64,000 nt of DNA from Eledone cirrhosa (taxonomy: Eukaryota): positions 436,728,001 through 436,792,000 of the forward strand of contig OZ024740.1 of assembly GCA_964016885.1 (NCBI GenBank), written 5' to 3'. Under the pieces are notes generated by a model that was not told the origin of the DNA, searched no databases, and saw only the letters and a list, made by a program, of their open reading frames with translations. Each line of letters begins with the position of its first letter. Within the stretch, counting starts at the first letter, position 1. Made by a program: the position numbers and the translations under genes. Below are positions 60,601 through 64,000 of this stretch, one piece after another.

Positions 60601-62830
60601 TGTTCACTATATGTCAAGCTATTTCTGTGATAATCCCTCACTGTTCACTACATGCCAAGCTATTTCTGTGATTACCCCTCACTTTTAATTACATGTCACG
60701 CTATTTCTGTGATAACCCCTCACTGTTCACTACATGTCAAGATATTTCTGTGATAACCTTTCACTGTTCACTACATGTCAAGCTATTTCTGTGATAACCT
60801 CTCACTGTTCACTACATGTCAAGCTATTTCTGTGATAAACCCTCACTGTTCACTTAATGTCAAGCTTTTTCTGTGATAACCCCTGATTGTTCACTACATG
60901 TCAAGCTATTTCTGTGATTACCCCTCACTGTTCACTACATGTCAAGCTATTTCTGTGATAATCCCACACTGTTCACTACATGTCAAGCTATTTCTGTGAA
61001 AACCCCTCACTGTTCACTACATGTCAAGCTATTTCTGTGATAACCCCTCACTGTTCACTACATGTCAAGCTATTTCTGTGATAACCCCTAACTGTTCACT
61101 ACATGTCAAGCTATTTCTGTGATAATCCCTCACTGTTCACTACATATCAAGCTATTTCCGGTGATTACCCCTCACTGTTCACTATATGTCAAGCTATTTC
61201 TATGATAACCTCTCACTGTTCACTACATGTCAAGCTATTTCTGTGATAACCTCTCACTGTTCACTATATGTCAAGCTATTTCTGTGATAATCCCTCACTG
61301 TTCACTACATGCCAAGCTATTTCTGTGATTACCCCTCACTGTTCACTACATGTCAAGCTATTTCTGTGATAACCCCTCACTGTTCACTACATGTCAAGAT
61401 ATTTCTGTGATAACCTTTCACTGTTCACTACATGTCAAGCTATTTCTGTGATAACCTCTCACTGTTCACTACATGTCAAGCTATTTCTGTGATAAGCCCT
61501 CACTGTTCACTACATGTCAAGCTATTTCTTTGATAACCCCTGATTGTTCAATACATGTCAAGCTATTTCTGTGATTACCCCTCACTGTTCACTACATGTC
61601 AAGCTATTTCCGGTGATTACCCCTCTCTGTTCACTATATGTCAAGCTATTTCTGTGATTACCCCTCACTGTTCACTACATGTCAAGCTATTTCTGTGATA
61701 ACCTCTCACTGGTCACTACATGTAAAGCTATTTCTGTGATAACCTCTCACTGTTCACTACATGACAAGCTATTTCTGTGATAACCTCTCACTGTTCACTA
61801 TATCTCAAGCTATTTCTGTGATAACCCCTCACTGTTCACTACATGTCAAACTATTTCTGTGATAACCCATCACTGTTCACTACATGTCAAGCTATTTCCG
61901 GTGATTACCCCTCACTGTTCACTATATGTCAAGCTATTTCTGTGATTACCCCTCACTGTTCACTGTATGTCAAGCTATTTCTGTGATAACCTCTCACTGG
62001 TCACTAATTGTAAAGCTATTTCTGTGATAACCTCTCTCTGTTCACTACATGTCAAGCTATTTCTGTGATAACCTCTCACTGTTCACTATATGTCTAGCTA
62101 TTTCTGTGATAACCCCTCACTGTTCACTACATGTCAAACTATTTCTGTGATAACCCATCACTGTTCACTACATGTCAAGCTATTTCCGGTGATTACCCCT
62201 CACTGTTCACTATATGTCAAGCTATTTCTGTGATTACCCCTCACTGTTCACTACATGTCAAGCTATTTCTGTGATAACCTCTCACTGTTCACTACATGTC
62301 AAGCTATTTGTGTGATAACCTCTCACTGTTCACTACATGTCAAGCTATTTCTGTGATAACCCCTGACTGTTCACTACATGTCAAGCTATTTATGTGATAA
62401 TCCCTCACTGTTCATTACATATCAAACTATTTCTGTGATAACCCCTCACTGTTCACTACATGTCAAGCTATTTCTGTGATAACGCCTCACTGTTCACTAC
62501 ATGTCAAGCTATTTCTGTGATAACCCCTCATTGTTCACTACATGTCAAGCTATTTCTGTGATAACCTTTCACTGTTCTCTACATGTCAAGCTATTTCTGT
62601 AATAACCACTCACTGTTCACTATATGTCAAGCTATTTATGTGATAACCCCTCACTGTTCACTACATGTCAAGCTATTTCTGTGATTACGCCTCACTGTTC
62701 ACTACATGTCAAGCTATTTCTGTGATAACCTTTCACTGTTCTCTACATGTCAAGTTATTTGTGTGATGACCTCTCACTGTTCACTACATTTCAAGCTATT
62801 TCTGTGATAACCCCTCACTGTTCACTACAT
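54690..62830. repeat. Tandem duplication, about 104 monomers (offset 4271 bp)
   Basis: CATGCG at 55271/59542, ACTTAATG at 56581/60852, TCCCACACT at 56691/60962 and GTGTGATGAC at 58490/62761. The offset then drops to 4189 (-2 monomers; ATGTCAACTA at 58681/62870). Confidence 0.9.
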
Positions 62831-64000
62831 GTCAAGCTATTTCTGTGATAACCACTCACTGTTCACTACATGTCAACTATTTCTGTGATAATCCCTCACT
62901 GTTCACTACATGTCAAGCTATTTCCGGTGATTGCCCCTCACTGTTCACTATATGTCAAGCTATTTCTGTGATAACCCCTCACTGTTCACTACATGTCAAG
63001 CTATTTCTGTGATAACCCCTCACTGTTCAGTACATATCAAGCTATTTCTGTTATAACCCCTCACTGTTCACTACATGTCAAGCTATTTCTGTGATAACGC
63101 CTCACTTTTCATTACATGTCAAGCTATTTTTGTGATAAGCCCTCACTGTTCACTACATGTCAAGCTATTTCTATGATAACCCCTCACAGTTCACTACATG
63201 TCAAGCTATTTCTGTGATAACCTCTCACTGTTCACTACATGTCAAGCTATTTCTGTGATAACCCCTCACTGTTCACTATATGTCAAGCTATTTCTGTGAT
63301 AACCCCTCACTGTTCACTACATTTCAAACTATTTCTGTGATAACCCCTCACTGTTCACTACATGTCAAGCTATTTCCGGTGATTACCCCTCACTGTTCAC
63401 TATATGTCAAGCTATTTCTGTGATTACCCCTCACTGTTCACTACATGTCAAGCTATTGCTGTGATAACCTCTCACTGTTCACTACATGTCAAGCTATTTC
63501 TGTGATAATCCCTCACTGTTCACTACATGTCAAGTTATTTCTGTGATAACCCCTCACTGTTCACTACATGTCAAGGTATTTCTGTGATAACCTCTCACTG
63601 TTCACTACATGTCAAGCTATTTGTGTGATAACCTCTCACTGTTCACTACATGTCAAGCTATTTCTGTGATAACCCCTGACTGTTCACTACATGTCAAGCT
63701 ATTTCTGTGATAATCCCTCACTGTTCACTACATGTCAAGCTATTTCTGTGATAACCCCTCACTGTTCTCTACATGTCAAGCTATTTCTGTAATAACCCCT
63801 CACTGTTCACTACATGTCAAGCTATTTCTGTAATAACCACTCACTGTTCACTATACGTCAAGCTATTTATGTGATTACCCCTCACTGTTCTCTACATGTC
63901 AAGCTATTTCTGTAATAACCCCTCACTGTTCAATACAGGTCAAGCTATTTCTGTGATAAACCCTCACTGTTCACTACATGCCAAGCTATTTGTGTGATTA

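Larger units (their letters stand above)
1..64000. repeat. 41-bp tandem satellite array, head-to-tail, about 1,560 monomers, running off both window ends
   Basis: Consensus ATGTCAAGCTATTTCTGTGATAACCCCTCACTGTTCACTAC recurs every 41 bp (e.g. starts at 17951 and 17992). Most monomers carry only 0-3 substitutions, with minority 40/42-bp indel variants. No non-repeat sequence seen. Confidence 0.99.

Noticed and set aside
1-64000. CRISPR array
   Set aside because: Monomers abut directly, with no unique spacers, leader or cas genes. The variable part is only point variation in about 7 nt.
1-64000. Sigma70 promoter array: a perfect TTGACA on the minus strand of each monomer
   Set aside because: The hexamer 17 nt downstream is GGTTAT, not TATAAT-like. 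Nothing lies downstream to transcribe, and the context is satellite DNA.
1-64000. CRP site (TGTGA-N6-TCACA), or DnaA box / plasmid iteron resemblance (minus-strand TTATCACAG)
   Set aside because: The spacer is N7 rather than N6, and the DnaA box TTATCCACA would need an indel. There is no rep gene, and the copy number is far beyond iteron arrays.
1-64000. V(D)J recombination-signal-like pair TATTTCTGT...CACTGTT
   Set aside because: The spacer is 10 bp rather than 12 or 23. In that orientation the heptamer reads AACAGTG and lacks the essential CAC.
1-64000. p53 response elements (CATG and CAAG cores)
   Set aside because: The cores start 5 bp apart instead of 10, and the flanks do not fit RRRCWWGYYY.
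1-64000. Identity with galliform 41-42-bp repeats (chicken CNM/PO41), or with telomeric repeats (TAACCCC)
   Set aside because: Only the length matches, and I see no alternating A/T tracts of the kind described for CNM-type repeats. TAACCC occurs once per monomer, not in tandem. No family can be assigned without a database search.

Overview
The whole 64-kb window is one uninterrupted, single-orientation tandem satellite array of about 1,560 monomers. The 41-bp consensus is ATGTCAAGCTATTTCTGTGATAACCCCTCACTGTTCACTAC (17/41 G+C, no CpG). I see no unique sequence, genes, RNA genes, transposons, inversions or CRISPR spacers. The short ORFs in the track are translations of the repeat, and they pass 60 aa essentially only where 40/42/43-bp indel monomers shift the frame past the TGATAA stop pair. 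The information lies in the order of monomer variants. There is no single higher-order repeat (HOR). Instead there is a nested, changing set of local tandem duplications (offsets 288, 1518, 1599, 1683, 2340, 3287, ~3694, 4271, 5008 and 5626 bp), a variant-subfamily switch at about 10-11 kb, length-compensating indels and apparent conversion patches. It looks like eukaryotic heterochromatic satellite DNA (inference), but I cannot assign an organism or a named family. Offsets were measured by eye from diagnostic variants, and block boundaries are approximate to about one monomer. I found no support for a novel gene-based system.
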